A stretch of DNA of 58,137 bases, filler included, from Sphacelaria rigidula (taxonomy: Eukaryota): the NCBI GenBank assembly GCA_964200075.2. It is 5 parts of 5 records of this genome, joined end to end, with 100 filler letters (N's around TTAATTAATTAA, not from the genome) between each part and the next. Parts side by side here need not be neighbours in the genome. Positions count along the whole stretch, not along the records: positions 11,650 to 23,197 come from CAXNAA020004801.1; positions 23,298 to 34,845 come from CAXNAA020004802.1; 3 more parts are not named here. The stretch is one strand, 5' to 3'. Below the pieces are notes generated by a model. It was given only the letters and a program-made list of their open reading frames with translations, was not told the DNA's origin and searched no databases. Position numbers and translations under genes: made by a program. Numbering within the stretch: position 1 is the stretch's first letter; every line of letters begins with the position of its first letter. This document shows, piece after piece, positions 13,224 to 26,152 of this stretch.

Positions 13224-13681
13224 ACAGAAAGATAAAACACTCCTTATGAGGCTGTTGTTGTCCTGGGTAGCATTTCTCCGCAGAGAGGTGCTGCACTGCG
13301 GCTACGAGCTGCAGAAGGCCGGTGAACACCAGTGTGACGGAGTCTATACTAAAATCAAGTTTGCGCTGTGAAATGCGTTATGAAATGTAGAGGGACTGGT
13401 GATAACTTAAATTAAAGTACTTGAAATTTGTCTTAAAGCTTTCAGGTCATTGATGGTATACGTTTCTTTTTCCGAACTGACATTCGCTGCTATGCAGATC
13501 CGCGGTCGCATTAAAATCTAAAATGACATCCAAATAAGCGGTACTCTTTGACATTCCCCCGTCCCGGGAGTTCCACCACCAAGCATGTTTGCTGTCCAGG
13601 CTCGTGTGGTGTCGGCTTGCCCGTGCAACCCAGACCCCGGGCCCCAGCAGCCGGAGCGTGTGGTAGACTCTCTCCCGCACC

Positions 13682-13684
13682 ATG
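13682..13684 (+). CDS. RPL27A: 60S ribosomal protein L27a (uL15), exon 1 (initiator ATG only)
   Basis: CACCATG is followed immediately by a consensus GTGAGT donor. Exon 2 begins in phase 0 at residue 2 (PSRF). The spliced CDS is 3+162+150+129 = 444 nt (147 aa plus stop). Confidence 0.7.
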
Positions 13685-15103
13685 GTGAGTGCATCAATTG
13701 AGGGTACTTGGAGAGGACTGGCGGTAATGAGGGTGTGGATCTACGAGCTTGGAAAGCAAGACCTTTGTTGCACAGTGCAACGACGACATTTTCGGTGGAC
13801 TGTGATGTCGAATAGGTTGAGCATGGGTGCTCTTTTTCTGCCTGTTGTGCGGCACTTCCATACTGCTGTACTGTGCCACGGGCGCAGATGCAGTATCAGG
13901 TGGCCGGCTTCGTAATCCCGCGGAGGCATTGTTTCGTGTGTGTTGTAGGCCGGATGTACTTCGTCTTGCCTGCAAGTGGAGCGAAGTTTCTTCCGAAACC
14001 ATCGGAGGTATCAGACTCCCAGGAGATGGTACTCCGTCTACAGAAGACGTTCACTTGACTGCCTGTTAGGTCTGTGACCGGTACTCTCTATTGTGGGGGT
14101 GTGAGCACCGCTACCGTAGACCGTACTTGCGTGCTGTGTCTGTAGGTTGCCGCAGCAGCTCCAGCAGTCATGTAGTGCACTCGATCGATCACATTGACTC
14201 TGCCCACCTTGCTTTCAGCATATCGAACACGGGTTTCCCTCCACCCCATGCACATCGGGAGTTGCTGGCAAACAGGAGTTGCAGGCGATGAGTTTGACCA
14301 CAGGGTGGATAGCGTGTGCGATTGGCGCTGTACACACCTCGTATGCCTGTTGGTGTACAAGTTCCTTTGCCTGATATGATGTATGGCAGTGGTTCTGCGC
14401 GGAGTGAGCAAGTTCCCACGATGACTGCCACGCCCTCTGCCTAGGAACTTGTAGTTCTCCAGCTGCTGGCGACATTGCACTCTGCAGCGTTGTTCGTGCT
14501 GGTGCGGAGTGAAGTGGTCAGTTGATACTTGACAGATAACCTCTTGCGGGTGTCCTGCACTTCCCTGGTCCTTGTTGGTGCAGCATTTTGTCTGTACCGC
14601 ACGGTTGTCGCCCGTTTCACGTCTATCATTGGGCGATATATGGTGTCGACCCTGCCGAGCATCATCATCAGGCAGCTGTCGGTGTGTAATCGTTCCGACG
14701 GTTTACAGCAGTGAGTCTGTATGATGCACGGACCAGGAGTGCCTTCGAGCGATATGTATACTCCCCGAGTTTATAAAATGGAGTACAGTCTAATATACTG
14801 TCGAGCATGTCGCTATTTGAATTTAACCATCAATACACAACCACCCACGAGGAAACTATTTGAACCGGGGTTTAACTTGATCACTCTCCGAGTACTGCAG
14901 TTGCGAGGTGTCCTTCCTTGAGATATGACCTCGTACGCCATAGGCGTATTGCCTTCTCGACGAACCGTATAGACGCCGTGCAGAACAAGCTGTTGGGTTC
15001 GAGCGAGCGCTGCTTGCCGTTTCTTCGGCGGTGCTTGAATATGATACTGCCGAAAGTCAGCCTCCGTTCCCTCATTATCTCCCTCCCTCTTTCCCACCTG
15101 TGA

Positions 15104-15349
<246 letters not shown>

Positions 15350-18248
15350 TGAATGTTGTGACCCCGGGTTTCAACACACCCCCTCCGGCACGGTTACAAC
15401 GTTTACACTTGAGCTGCGGTAATTGCAGGGCAGAGCATAAGTTGAGAAGCTCGATCAGCGACTATCGAACTCTCTTCAAGTGCTACCTTTTATCTCATCC
15501 GTACATTCGATGGATTTGATCGATTGTTGCATTTTAACTGACCCCCCCGGGGTCCAGCCGTAATCTCATGATGAACGTACTCGAGAAAAACGGAATTCGA
15601 ACACGCTCTCGGGGAAGGAGAAAGGAAACAGAAAACAAAAGGAAGAGGTACATACCCAGTAAAGTGAATACAGTGCAAGACGAACAGGTGTATTCCCCGA
15701 ATCCCGGCTGTGTCACTACCCTTTCCAGCGCTTGTAGACAGGAGCTAGAGTTTCTACTCCTTGTTTCTGTTCCAAATTGGTACCGACTCGAAAGGTGGAA
15801 ACACTGAGGCGCTTGGAGGTTCAATATTTGAACAAAGACTCCGCGGTTCATCCCGTGTACTGTTCACAGCTGAGCTTCGTTGATCTCCAGTGAGAGGCAG
15901 ACGCCGACTCCGCATGCCTCCTCCAAGGGGAGCACGTCACAAAACTACAGGACTTGTAGAGGCCGGTCGTCGAAGCACTTTGCCGCCGGACCAGTCCAGC
16001 GGAAGGACGAAAGCTTGGGTACCGCTTCCTATCAACGCTTCGCTCGTGCTTCGGTTCCTTATCTCAGTCTCCAAACTAGAAAAAAGCCTCTTTTTGGTAT
16101 TTTTCGTCGTGACTCAATTCGTGTGGTTCTTGCTGTAAAGTTGGTAAAACGCGCTTGGCGGGGATGGATGATGGAATCAAGGTTTCATCCACATGAACAG
16201 CATATACTGAGACTGCTACACCTGTGGAAGGCACGTGGTGTGTACAGCGCGTAATCCGTTCTGAAATTTTCCTGAACCGCTGGGAGTCTGGAAAGAATTG
16301 TGAGAGTGGAAACAATAAATCCCATATCGGAAAATGGCTGCACCACCATCCCCCAGGTTCCAAAAACCTCATCCTGGAGTTGGAGAGGGGGGCATGCGAT
16401 GTCATCGGGGATACCCCCTCGATCGCTGGATGATGACGAAAGTAGTTGCTGCACTGCACCGCACGTGGATTAATCTCACGTCAGTTACACTTTAACTGCC
16501 TCTACCTGTGTTCTACATTACCTTCCGCCACACTCCGTCCATATGATACCCGTCCGCAACCTCTTCCTTTATCGTGTCGCAGTGCAGTATGAACTGCGAT
16601 ATGTAACTGCGCGTTGTACATACACAGCTGTCTGCCCAAACGCGGGCGGAGCACGTCATCATCTACAGTTGGTACATTGTGCACGTCTAAAATATCACGG
16701 ATTTCGTGTCGTCTGGTAACACCGCAGTCAAATACCGCATTTACATTTCAGTTATGAGTAGCAGTGCGAAACTGCTCGTCGCACACCGCCCCTCTCAGCA
16801 TGGTGGTCGTATCAAGGCGATTGCGCCAGGTCGGTAACAACCGGTCTTGCACGAACCAGCGAGACTCGAAATTCTTATCGAGTGATTACCGCGACCCGAA
16901 GGTAATTTTTCAGCCGCCAATTTGCTCCTCGATGACCCGGAGACCAACCAACACACCACAACTCCTGGTTGTAAGCTACGCACGTTGAGGCGAACTCGAA
17001 GAAATATGAATGACCGTTCAATTCCGTATACTAGTGGAGAAATAAGGGAAGATTTTATCCCAGATCGATTGGGTCCTCATCCTCGATCGCGGGGGATGGT
17101 GTGATGACGGGGGGGGGGAGCAGCCATTTCCGATACGGGATCCTTTGTCGAAAGCTTTTTTTGGCGTTGTACTACTGGTGATGTTTGAAATTTAGTTTTT
17201 TGTGTGTAACATGTTCTTGCGGACCAATTGTCCGGAGTTACGGAAATGCACCAGGGAACTCTTTTCGATCAAACCTCTCAGGCATGTCAATTGGGCTTGC
17301 GTTCCGCGTTTCAACCCTTCAAAAAATTACGGAAACGAACGCATCTTCGCCTCGTACAGTCCATCCGCAATGGGGTGCTTCTCATATCCGCTCTGCGTCT
17401 CCTCCACGCGGAAATTTTAGAGGTGATGCAAAATCTTGCGTTTTCACCTAAACACCAAATATCGATGGCCCTGACGACATCTTTCAGTCGGGTATGGGCT
17501 GTCCTTGGACCCATCTGCCCGTTGTGCAGTTGGCGAGCCTCCCCGACGAAACTGAGGAACAGCAGCCATGTCGCCCGAGGAATCGACTTGTCGAAACCGA
17601 GGTATTATTTCGGAAATAAAACTCGAGCTCGGCCAACAAAAAGCTTTCTCGCCACTCCGAACACACTCTTGTCTCAGTAAAATCCGAGCAGCAATTCCGA
17701 ACTTTCCAGTTGCGAGTTTTTCGCGCCTCTGGCGGATGGGATGAGATACCTAATTTTGTTTTTCGGTACATGAGCCTCCTTGTCTTCTCGGGACACGTAT
17801 ATCTCCCACCAGTCCACGTGCATGGACGAATGTTCCTGGTGCAAACGCCTCCTCACAAGCTTAAGTATCCGGAGGCGGTGGTCATCTCCTTTCGATGCCT
17901 CATCTATTGCACATCTACGCACTCTGAGAAAATTTCTCTCGCCCACGTACGCACGATTTGAAACTGTCTCTATCCAAAGCTCGCCTTGACGCGACTGAAG
18001 TGGATTTCTTGGGGCACTCCATTTCGCCACATCAACTGTGGTGTGTTCACCGCTGAGCATGTACAATGGATTTCTGTTGACGCACGCAGGCGAGCTTGGT
18101 GTATCCAGCATCAGGAGGGTTTTCCCACGTGTGTCGATCTGTATCTCACACAACTAATTGTTTCAAAGGTACAGGGGGAATGCTGACCTTCAGTATAGAA
18201 TGTCTGCAAATAATCGTCCGCCTGTCTCTCGTGTTTCCGTCTCGATAG

Positions 18249-18398
18249 GTTGGTATGCGCCATTTCCACTTGTTGAGGAACAGGGAACACTGCCCTATCG
18301 TCAACCTCGACAAGCTGTGGTCCATGTTGCCGGAGGGCACCTTGGAGCAGGCGAAGACGGCAGGCGGGAAGGCGCCGGTTCTCGACGTTACGGACCAG
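18249..18398 (+). CDS. RPL27A: 60S ribosomal protein L27a, exon 3
   Basis: TAG acceptor, [30 protein letters not shown]...[12 protein letters not shown] donor; phase 0 at both ends. Confidence 0.97.
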
Positions 18399-18967
18399 GT
18401 GTGTTTTTACTTACGTGAAACATGGATGAATCTTCCGGTCGGGTCATGTTTGTGTCTGTGCTGTTCCTTGATCCTGGAGGAAACCCTTGAGTGTGTTTTT
18501 CCTGCATGCGTATTTAAAAATACTTCGTTTGAGAAACGTATGCGTTGCAACAGTCCGTAAACGTCGGGTCGAACACGAATCTCTCTTGACCGTCCGCGGT
18601 TTGGAGTAGGGGGTACTGTCGAGGAATTTGAGGGAAGTAAGAGGCGATTGAATTCAGTAAGGGTCGTCGTCAACGCGTATGGAGGCAGGGAGCTAGTGCG
18701 TCCATTCCCGGGTGAGCTGGCTACGTAGAATGACCGGCACGCAAAAGCTGTCATGGGTTGTGCACCGGACAGCGTGTGTGTTCGCTCCAGGCCGTTTGTT
18801 TGTGTCATGAAGTCGCTACAGCACTAATGCTGAGTACTTCATGCGGCTGCCGGATGTGGAAGTCGTGGGCTCACCTCTATGCGCGCAACGCTCACGGTTT
18901 TTCTTCGTGGCCACAGAAACATGTTTTTTTCGTATCAACTTTGTAGTAGTGAACTCGGCGATGTAAC

Positions 18968-19044
18968 GAGCGTGATGAATTATGCTCACTTGTCCTGATA
19001 CCCCGCTGTGATTCAGTGGCGCAAAACCTGGAACCTGAGAACTC
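18968..19044 (+). ncRNA. Candidate intronic box C/D snoRNA in RPL27A intron 3
   Basis: Box C GTGATGA at 18972, D' CTGA at 18995, C'-like GTGATT at 19008, box D CTGA at 19035, and short GAG/CTC flanks. It is about 75 nt, on the sense strand, about 100 nt upstream of the 3' splice site. Confidence 0.6.
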
Positions 19045-19141
19045 ACCATATAATCAATTCCTTCCCCTCCCTTTTTTTGTTCGTTGCGTGTGGTTTGTCG
19101 TGCGCACTTGGTCCCCTCATTTGGAAAACAACACGCGACAG

Positions 19142-19270
19142 GGATACTTCAAGGTACTCGGGAAGGGTCACCTCCCGGCCGTACCGCTTATCGTGCGCGC
19201 GAAGATCTTCAGCAAGCTTGCCGAGCAGAAGATCCGAGCGGCGGGTGGAGCATGCTTGCTGGCCGCATAA
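19142..19270 (+). CDS. RPL27A: 60S ribosomal protein L27a, exon 4 (last)
   Basis: CAG acceptor, then [42 protein letters not shown] and TAA. Confidence 0.97.
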   Translation, partial: GYFKVLGKGHLPAVPLIVRAKIFSKLAEQKIRAAGGACLLAA

Positions 19271-20209
19271 GGACGACGATAGTAGGACGGTCGTTCTATT
19301 TTCTAATCCGTCATCACGTGCGTGATTATTGGGCAAATCGGGGGCTTGAGGGAGGCTGTTGTTTCAAAAGGGCACGCGGGGGCTGCTGCGATGGTTGAAC
19401 TTTTTGTTGTGGAGTTGTGTTCCTCTTATTCCGTGTGGCTTGCGGGAGGTGTGTTGCCCCAGCTGACTTGTGGCATCTAGTAGATGGCTACTCAAGGGGC
19501 CCGGGTTTTCACCTGTCGCGCTAAGCGGTGAATGTGTAACCGCACACACAAATTCAACAAATATCGCAGACAAAAGGATGACGAGATACAATGAGGACAC
19601 TTCGAAGTGTTACACGCAATGGGAATCGAAGAGCGGGGACAGGACACGTTCCCCCCTCACCTGGGACGAGCCAAGGACATCCCTCGACATCACGATTGGT
19701 CTTTTGAATGTTATTTCAAGTTTCTGCTGTACGCCTAGCACCACAAGGGAAGGCTATCTGATCATGCACCCCATGTACCAGTAAAACGTATCCTGGTCCA
19801 CCCAGACCTCCCGTGACTCCCTAGTGACCCTCCCGCGACGTCGAACGATGAACACCACTACATGTTTGGACGCGGACCAGTTTCTGTGTGGTAATCTGCT
19901 GATGGAGCTGATGCGGATATTGTCGCCGATGTCATTACACTGCCATATCAACAACATGACACTCGCCGGGTTTACATTTTGGTTCTTGTACCTGATGCCC
20001 GCGCCACTCGGGCGCTTTTTCGACATTTTCGCCAATCGTACGGGCGTTTCTCAACTGACGAAATGACTACTGCACTGCACCGTGTGTCCGAGGGGTGGAG
20101 TTAGAGATCGACATCTACTACCTGCAGCGACTAGATGCCGGTGTAGCATATGACACCCTGGCGGTCTACTTATATCAATCGTACCTCAACGTTTGCGTGG
20201 GTGATGGAG

Positions 20210-20540
20210 TTGTCGCATCTCTTCTGGGCACCGGACTATATCGTGCGGTATATGTGGCGCATCAGCCGTGGTCATACAGGAGGAAGGTCGACACGGGAGA
20301 TTTTTCTTTCCTTGTTGTCCTCAGTACGTCACTTTTGTGTAGCAGTGCTTGCCTTGGTATCTTATCGCGAGAAGGGTTTGGCAGTTCCTTTCCCTAGGAC
20401 TATCAAGTCGAATTTTGTGTACCCACGACATCGTCGCTCTACACTATCGAGCATTGCGCGGAAAAACATCCCAGATCGCTCCGATAATGCAACCAAACAC
20501 CAAGTGTAGAGGTTACCAACTGAGTTCACGACGCAACCGG
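20210..20540 (-). mobile_element. tRNA-derived SINE, degenerate copy
   Basis: Shares body blocks (ACAGGAGGAAGG, TTATCGCGAGA, GTCGAATTTTGTGTACCCACGACAT) with the copies at 42330 and 47431. The tRNA-like head is decayed. Confidence 0.75.
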
Positions 20541-23021
20541 CCAGTGCACGGCATTATGTAAAGTATGGCGTGCATAAGACTCCGCAACCTAGACTGGACT
20601 GCGGAAGTGCGAGCCACGTATCACCCGATACATCGACTGCTGCGCACCAACTGGTCCCCAATGGATTGAGTCGTGCTCACACGACGGACGTTGGCCGGAC
20701 GATGGAACCTATGACAACACTCGGTGGAGGGAAGTAGACAAGTGGGAGGTGGAACAGAGTATCCTTGGATAATTGAGTCACAAACCAAAGGAAATGAAGA
20801 CTGTGCACATTACGTCCCATGAGGATGGTGCCGAAGGTATACGAAGGGTGAGACAAAACATTACTTCACTGATGGTCCACATTTACGAGTTTTGAGACGT
20901 GGTCGCTTAACTGAGGAAGGTTGACTACACATGGAAAGTTTGACGCAGTTGGGCCACTACCGTTCCACGTATCCTCTCACGTACCTCAAAAGTTATGTTT
21001 TTGGATGAGATCATCAAGGTCTCCGAACAATTCAAACCTCAAAAAATATTTGTGCACCCCTACCTTAGCATCCCTCTGTATAAATATTAATCAAGGGGCA
21101 GCATACATAATATATATACTATTTGAGCAAGAGCATACATATGCTCCTCAAAGCCCACCAAACTCTTCGGATTTTGCTGATGTTCATTGATCAATTTTAT
21201 ACAACAAAGTTGAAAGAAGATTTAAAAAAAAACAGGATAATTTTAATCGTCGGGAAAATGTCCTCCGGTATCTGAGGACATCGGGACAGAACGGTTAAGG
21301 AGCAGAAGCAGATATACGAACCCCACAAAGCCCACCAGACTTTCCGGTTTTTGTCAGCGTTTTTCGTATGAGTTTCTCGTGTCAAAGTTACCAGAAAAAA
21401 GCAAAACAGTGTTTATCGATCAATTCCTTGCGAGAAACTTGACCAAAAAAATCGAAGAAATCATGACAACTGTGGAAAAAATTTCCTCCGGGGAGGAGAA
21501 GGAGGGGGGGGGGCTACGTGTCCGAAAAATTTCGCTCGACAGACCCTTGGGCTAACCGTAACAGATCAGCACCGCAGGTGGTGATGAGGACTTCCTGCAT
21601 CGGCACCCGATGTTCCAACTCGACACGCGAGGCGGAGAAATGAACATGGGGTTGCACCACAGGCCGAACTCAAGGCCCGAAGACCACCATCCTTAGACCT
21701 CTCAAGGGACACCCATATGTACAACAAGCATACCAGGCATATCAAGACAAGCACCGCATGCCCTAACGGCACCTCTCATCGAATAAACCTCACTTCAACA
21801 AACTTTGATCTCTTGTTCAAGAACGTGCAAGCAAACCATTCCGAATTTTCAGAGTCCGCCTGCCCTCTTTTAGTGCGGGAAACGACATAAAAGGGTCAAC
21901 AAACAAAAATAAAAACCCAACAGTTTTTGGTTCGGATGATGAACAGCGGCCTCAAGTGATCACTTTCAGCTTGGAGAGAGCGCTGGCATGATGACAACCC
22001 TCTGGTAAGGAGGGTGCAAAGCATTCCTGAGGCGAAGTGCGCGCTGCGAGACCTTAACCGCTAATTTAGACAAATATGCGTTATACGCACGCCATTACTA
22101 CTGTACAGAGGAACAGCCCCCCAAATATAGATGCGGATTTCGGATTTCCGTATCGACACTAGAACCAAGTCGGAATGTTCCATCATACCGAGCGGTAAAC
22201 TCTCCCGTGGAAAGCAGGTGATTTTCAGATGGATCATTATTACTCGTTCGACAACTACTACTGTGGAGTACATAATCATAGTTTCAAAACTCAACCACTC
22301 GGCGCAGCACCAGGTCTAAGTCTACTACGCATGTCAATATACTACGGTGTGTATCAACTCGCGTGTAGGATTACGCCATGGGTGCACAGAGAAAGGCACC
22401 CCCAACACCTACCTACCCCCCCCCCCCCCTGGGGGATCGAAACCAAACTATTTTTTCCCGTTCGTTTACATGTCCTTCCCTTTCTCTGTTTCCCCCCTCT
22501 CCAGTTCGCTGCACGTCGTCACCCCTCATACACATTCTATAAACATTATTATTTGCTAGAAGCACCTTCTTCTACAACATGCTGCTGTTAGTGGTTGGCT
22601 CGGCTTCATTGAAATTTAATGATCGCGGTAAGAGATGATCCCCACCCTAAACCATCCCCTGCGACAACCTTGAACAAGAGTTCAAATTCCATCTACTGCA
22701 TTTGATAGCTTGTGCAAGCCGGTATTAGCGGAAGGGATTCATTCTGAGCCTGCAGTGGTACTTTGTGTGTAAAGTGTTCCGACAATTGTATCACCCACAA
22801 CACCTTTAACATCCTCTTTAATATTTTTCCATTCTTCTTGTTGTACCCCTCCATTAAATAACTACACATGGCGGACGTTCGTTTTACCATATAATAATTG
22901 TACTCGACATGTCGTTTAATCAACGAGAAAAACGTGACCCGGGATTTTGAGCAGGTGGATATATTTCCTTCATTTTTAAGCGATCAATAACATACTATTA
23001 GTATTGTGAAAATGTGCACAG

Positions 23022-23197
23022 GCACCGTAGGTAAGGTACCGTACGGAGCGTACCCTCGGTATTCACCGGGGTATCCCATACCGTCGTATGCGTAGGTATC
23101 GTAGGTATGGCATTTCAAAATACCGGATTGGGCGGGTACGGTAGGTATTGAAATCTCGAAATACTCTGGTATAGTAAGTATCGTAGGTATGACAGTT
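23022..23197. repeat. GGTATCGTAGGTAT-rich repeat element, truncated by the contig end; same family as 33590..34004
   Basis: Collinear with 33590-33760 (ACCGTAGGTA...GAGCGTACCC...GTATGCGT.GGTATCGTAGGTATG...AAATCTCGAA). Confidence 0.8.
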
Positions 23198-23297
23198 NNN
23201 NNNNNNNNNNNNNNNNNNNNNNNNNNNNNNNNNNNNNNNNNTTAATTAATTAANNNNNNNNNNNNNNNNNNNNNNNNNNNNNNNNNNNNNNNNNNNN
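23198..23297. other. Artificial 100-bp contig spacer
   Basis: N run / TTAATTAATTAA / N run. Confidence 0.98.
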
Positions 23298-24506
23298 TGC
23301 GTCGTGTTCTCGTCGCAAACGTGGCAGCGGAGCAGCTGCCCAGCCGCCGGTTTGCCGTCCGACGATGCCGACCCAGAGCTACTCGAACTCTGGCTCCCGC
23401 CGTTTTTCTGACCAGAGCCCTGGGATTTTCCCGGTTTCCCCTTGCGGTGAGCACCGCTCGGTTTTCCGGTTCCACCCCCGGCAAGAAGAGCCTGGTCGCC
23501 CGGGGATGACTTTTTTTCCCGGGCAAGTTCCTGTTTCAAATATGTTGATTCGAAACGCTTTCGAATCGAAGTCAACACGACCTCCCGTGTCAGTGGTCCC
23601 TCTCGATCCTCGAGCAATTGCTTCTGGATGCGATACTCGAAAGGCAACGCATTGAGGAATTTCAAGAGAACATGGTCTTCGCTTAGTCGTTCATGTTCCT
23701 CGTACGAGTTCAGGTTTCGTGCAAGTTCCTCCATTTCGAGCAGCTTCTTCTCTGGATCATCACGAACACAGATCTTGATTCCATCAAACTTTTCCAACAA
23801 AGCGGTTCTCGCCCCATTTGTTTTAGGGCGAAAGACATCCTCGAGTTTTCTCCAAACCGCAGCAGGTGAGTGGGTTCTAAGAAAAATATTTTGCTCTCTC
23901 CTTCCTTCTAAACTAGCTACAAGCATTCGTCTGGCCCTTACGTTGGCTGCCACTGTGTCCTTCCCATATCTTGTCTCTAGATACCTCATCGTTATCTCAG
24001 GATTACCGACATCTACATCGCAAGAACTATTGCTGGTCATGATGAACACCCAGTCAATTCCTTCGCCCCTTGCGAAGTTGACCAGTTCGTGCCTGTACCG
24101 TGCATAATCAGCGCTCTTCCCTAAAAATTTCGGGACGTTCTGCCGAAAATTGGGAACCCCTGACAACATTTCCGCTTGTATCGTTAAGTTGGAGTGACTC
24201 ACGTGCGGGGGCAAAGCCCCTGGCTTCGTCACTGGTGGCCTCGTTGTCCAGGTCGTCGCGCGCTCCGTCCTCTGGATTAGCTTGGCTCCCGATGAACCGT
24301 CGCTCCCGTCGAACTCCAGCGCCGCGCCGTTCCGCTGTCCTATTTGTGTTGAATTCCCCCCGTTCACTGTGGGAAACGTCACTATCGAGGGCGCCGTTGT
24401 TTTCTGCACCCCCGGCCTCTCTTACTGTCCTCATGTTAGCCAAGTTACTCTGTATTGTAGCTTGACTTAGCTGTATATCACGGATGAGCTGCGCCAAGGA
24501 ACTCAT
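23298..24506 (-). mobile_element. Ty1/Copia gag ORF (gag/UBN2-like domain plus the start of a zinc knuckle), truncated by the contig end
   Basis: Long open frame: VPKFLGKSADYARYRHEL...SPAAVWRKLEDVFRPKT...LLEMEELARNL...LSEDHVLLKFLNALPFEY...LTREVVLTSIRKRFE, then a Gly/Ser linker and RCHVCDE (CCHC start). Confidence 0.88.
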
Positions 24507-24700
24507 CTGACAAGTACCTCTCGTAAATCCTCTGTAACACCCTACTCACCGAAAACTGTAGCAGGCCTATCACCCTCTTGTGCCATTTTGCCCAACCGGT
24601 TGTAACACTAGTGTATTCCGTGGCCCGTGGCGAAGGATAGATAGTTTTGTCTTTTGTATTATTGGAGAGTGCCATGACGGAGTCGACCCGACCCTATGAC

Positions 24701-24979
24701 TGAGGGATCAGATGCTGAGAGAGAGAGTAAGGGCTCATGGCAGCCCGGCAGCTGTCATGAGCGGGATACTGTAGTCACACACACTCGACTACCAGTGCCC
24801 GCACGTCCGCATAATTTTATCCGCATGTGTGCCTGTTCACTCAGTGTACCTGTTCACATGAACAGAGGATTCATTTATATCTATTCCAGAGGGATGAAAC
24901 CCCTCTAGAGGGTATTTTACCCTCCAGAGGGTCATTTACCCTCCAGAGGATGAAAATCACGATAGAGGATATCCAAACA
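24701..24979 (-). repeat. Possible 5' LTR of the Copia element
   Basis: A TG...CA-bounded segment of about 280 bp just upstream of the gag leader, with internal CCTCCAGAGG repeats. The partner LTR is absent. Confidence 0.35.
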
Positions 24980-25779
24980 GGAACCGAATGGCCGCGTGTG
25001 CATGTTACACGTGCATCGCGCCAGAACCCACAAACAACAGTTGGGCAACGAAAAACAGTGCGGCGCCATACGCAGCCGAATAGTACGCACTATCGGTTTT
25101 TTGATCCTGCACTGCACTACTCTGTACAGTGGAGGGCACCCCAGATAGCAGCTGCTGCCGTTATGTGCAGTTTTAGGTTGATGTTTGTGTGAGGGGGGTG
25201 TTAAATAATGCCGTAAAGTTGCACCTTGAGTAGTAAGGAACGGGCGCTCGTGAGGTGTTCTCATACTCTACCAGCAATCCGCAGGCTTACTCCTCAGAAG
25301 AATTTGTGGTAAGGCAGAGAGTAATCTTCGCGTATTTACTCCAGTGCCTCATTCTTTGCTGTTGCCGCCATAAAAATACGATTCGCAACCCCCTTCACCC
25401 CGATACTGGAACGCTGGCTCCTGAACTCTTCACTTTACTGACTGTAATCTATGTTGTTCAACAATAGACTCTGTATATCCTCACCCCGCTTGGAGCAGAA
25501 AATCGCCGAAATGTTCACCTGCAAACTCTGGTCCAGTGAGTGTGCACTGCAAGTTGACATAGCTGGAAGGACACTACCATAACCACCTTGCCGGCTACCA
25601 GACTTTCACAGACTCTCAGGACGTATAATCCGCTAGCATTGCTACTGTCTGTAAGGGGGTGTTGCCTCCTTGTCGGTACCTTTTGAAGCATGATACTAGA
25701 TGAAAATCACCCTTCTTTGTACATGAGCACCAAACGCTGGGCTTATCAGTCAAGAGTTCAATTTGGAGGATGATCCTGT

Positions 25780-26152
25780 GCATCGTGTCAAAATTTCATC
25801 GAAAACAATCCAAAATTGAGCGTCGGAAATGCGTCATTCCGTCGACAACGGTCACTAAAGTAAATGGAGGTGGACCAGTTACGAAAAATTCGAACGCATT
25901 TATGCTTCACTTTCAACCTGTTTTCGATGAAATTTTGACACGATGCTCAGGACGTATGTGCAGATACCGAACCTTTTTTCCCATGTTTTTTGTTTTCTGC
26001 GAGAATTATTGTCGATTTTGTTCCGAAAAACTGTTCTGATTTTTTCCGTCGCCAATAACTGACGAAGAAAAGAAAAGAAAAAAAAACACGGCAGGAACGA
26101 AGGGGTGTTTGCACATACTTCGTGTACATCATGCCAAAATTTCATCGAAAAC
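25780..26152. repeat. Perfect 28-bp inverted repeat plus a third related copy (MITE-like)
   Basis: GCATCGTGTCAAAATTTCATCGAAAACA at 25780-25807, its exact reverse complement at 25919-25946, and a related copy near 26127. Confidence 0.75.

Noticed and set aside
14189..14668. Minus-strand peptides loosely resembling a pogo/DDE_1 transposase (PLPYIISGKG, THRLQ, VFDMLKARW) in RPL27A intron 1
   Set aside because: Motif spacing is wrong and no catalytic Asp motifs or TIRs are present; probably chance similarity.
18685..18775. Possible H/ACA snoRNA (hairpin ending CCGG-ACA) in RPL27A intron 3
   Set aside because: The hinge lacks a canonical ANANNA box and the first hairpin is unconvincing.
19824..20210. 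Possible exon or pseudogene fragments downstream of RPL27A
   Set aside because: No family could be recognised with confidence, and the ORF runs into a SINE copy.
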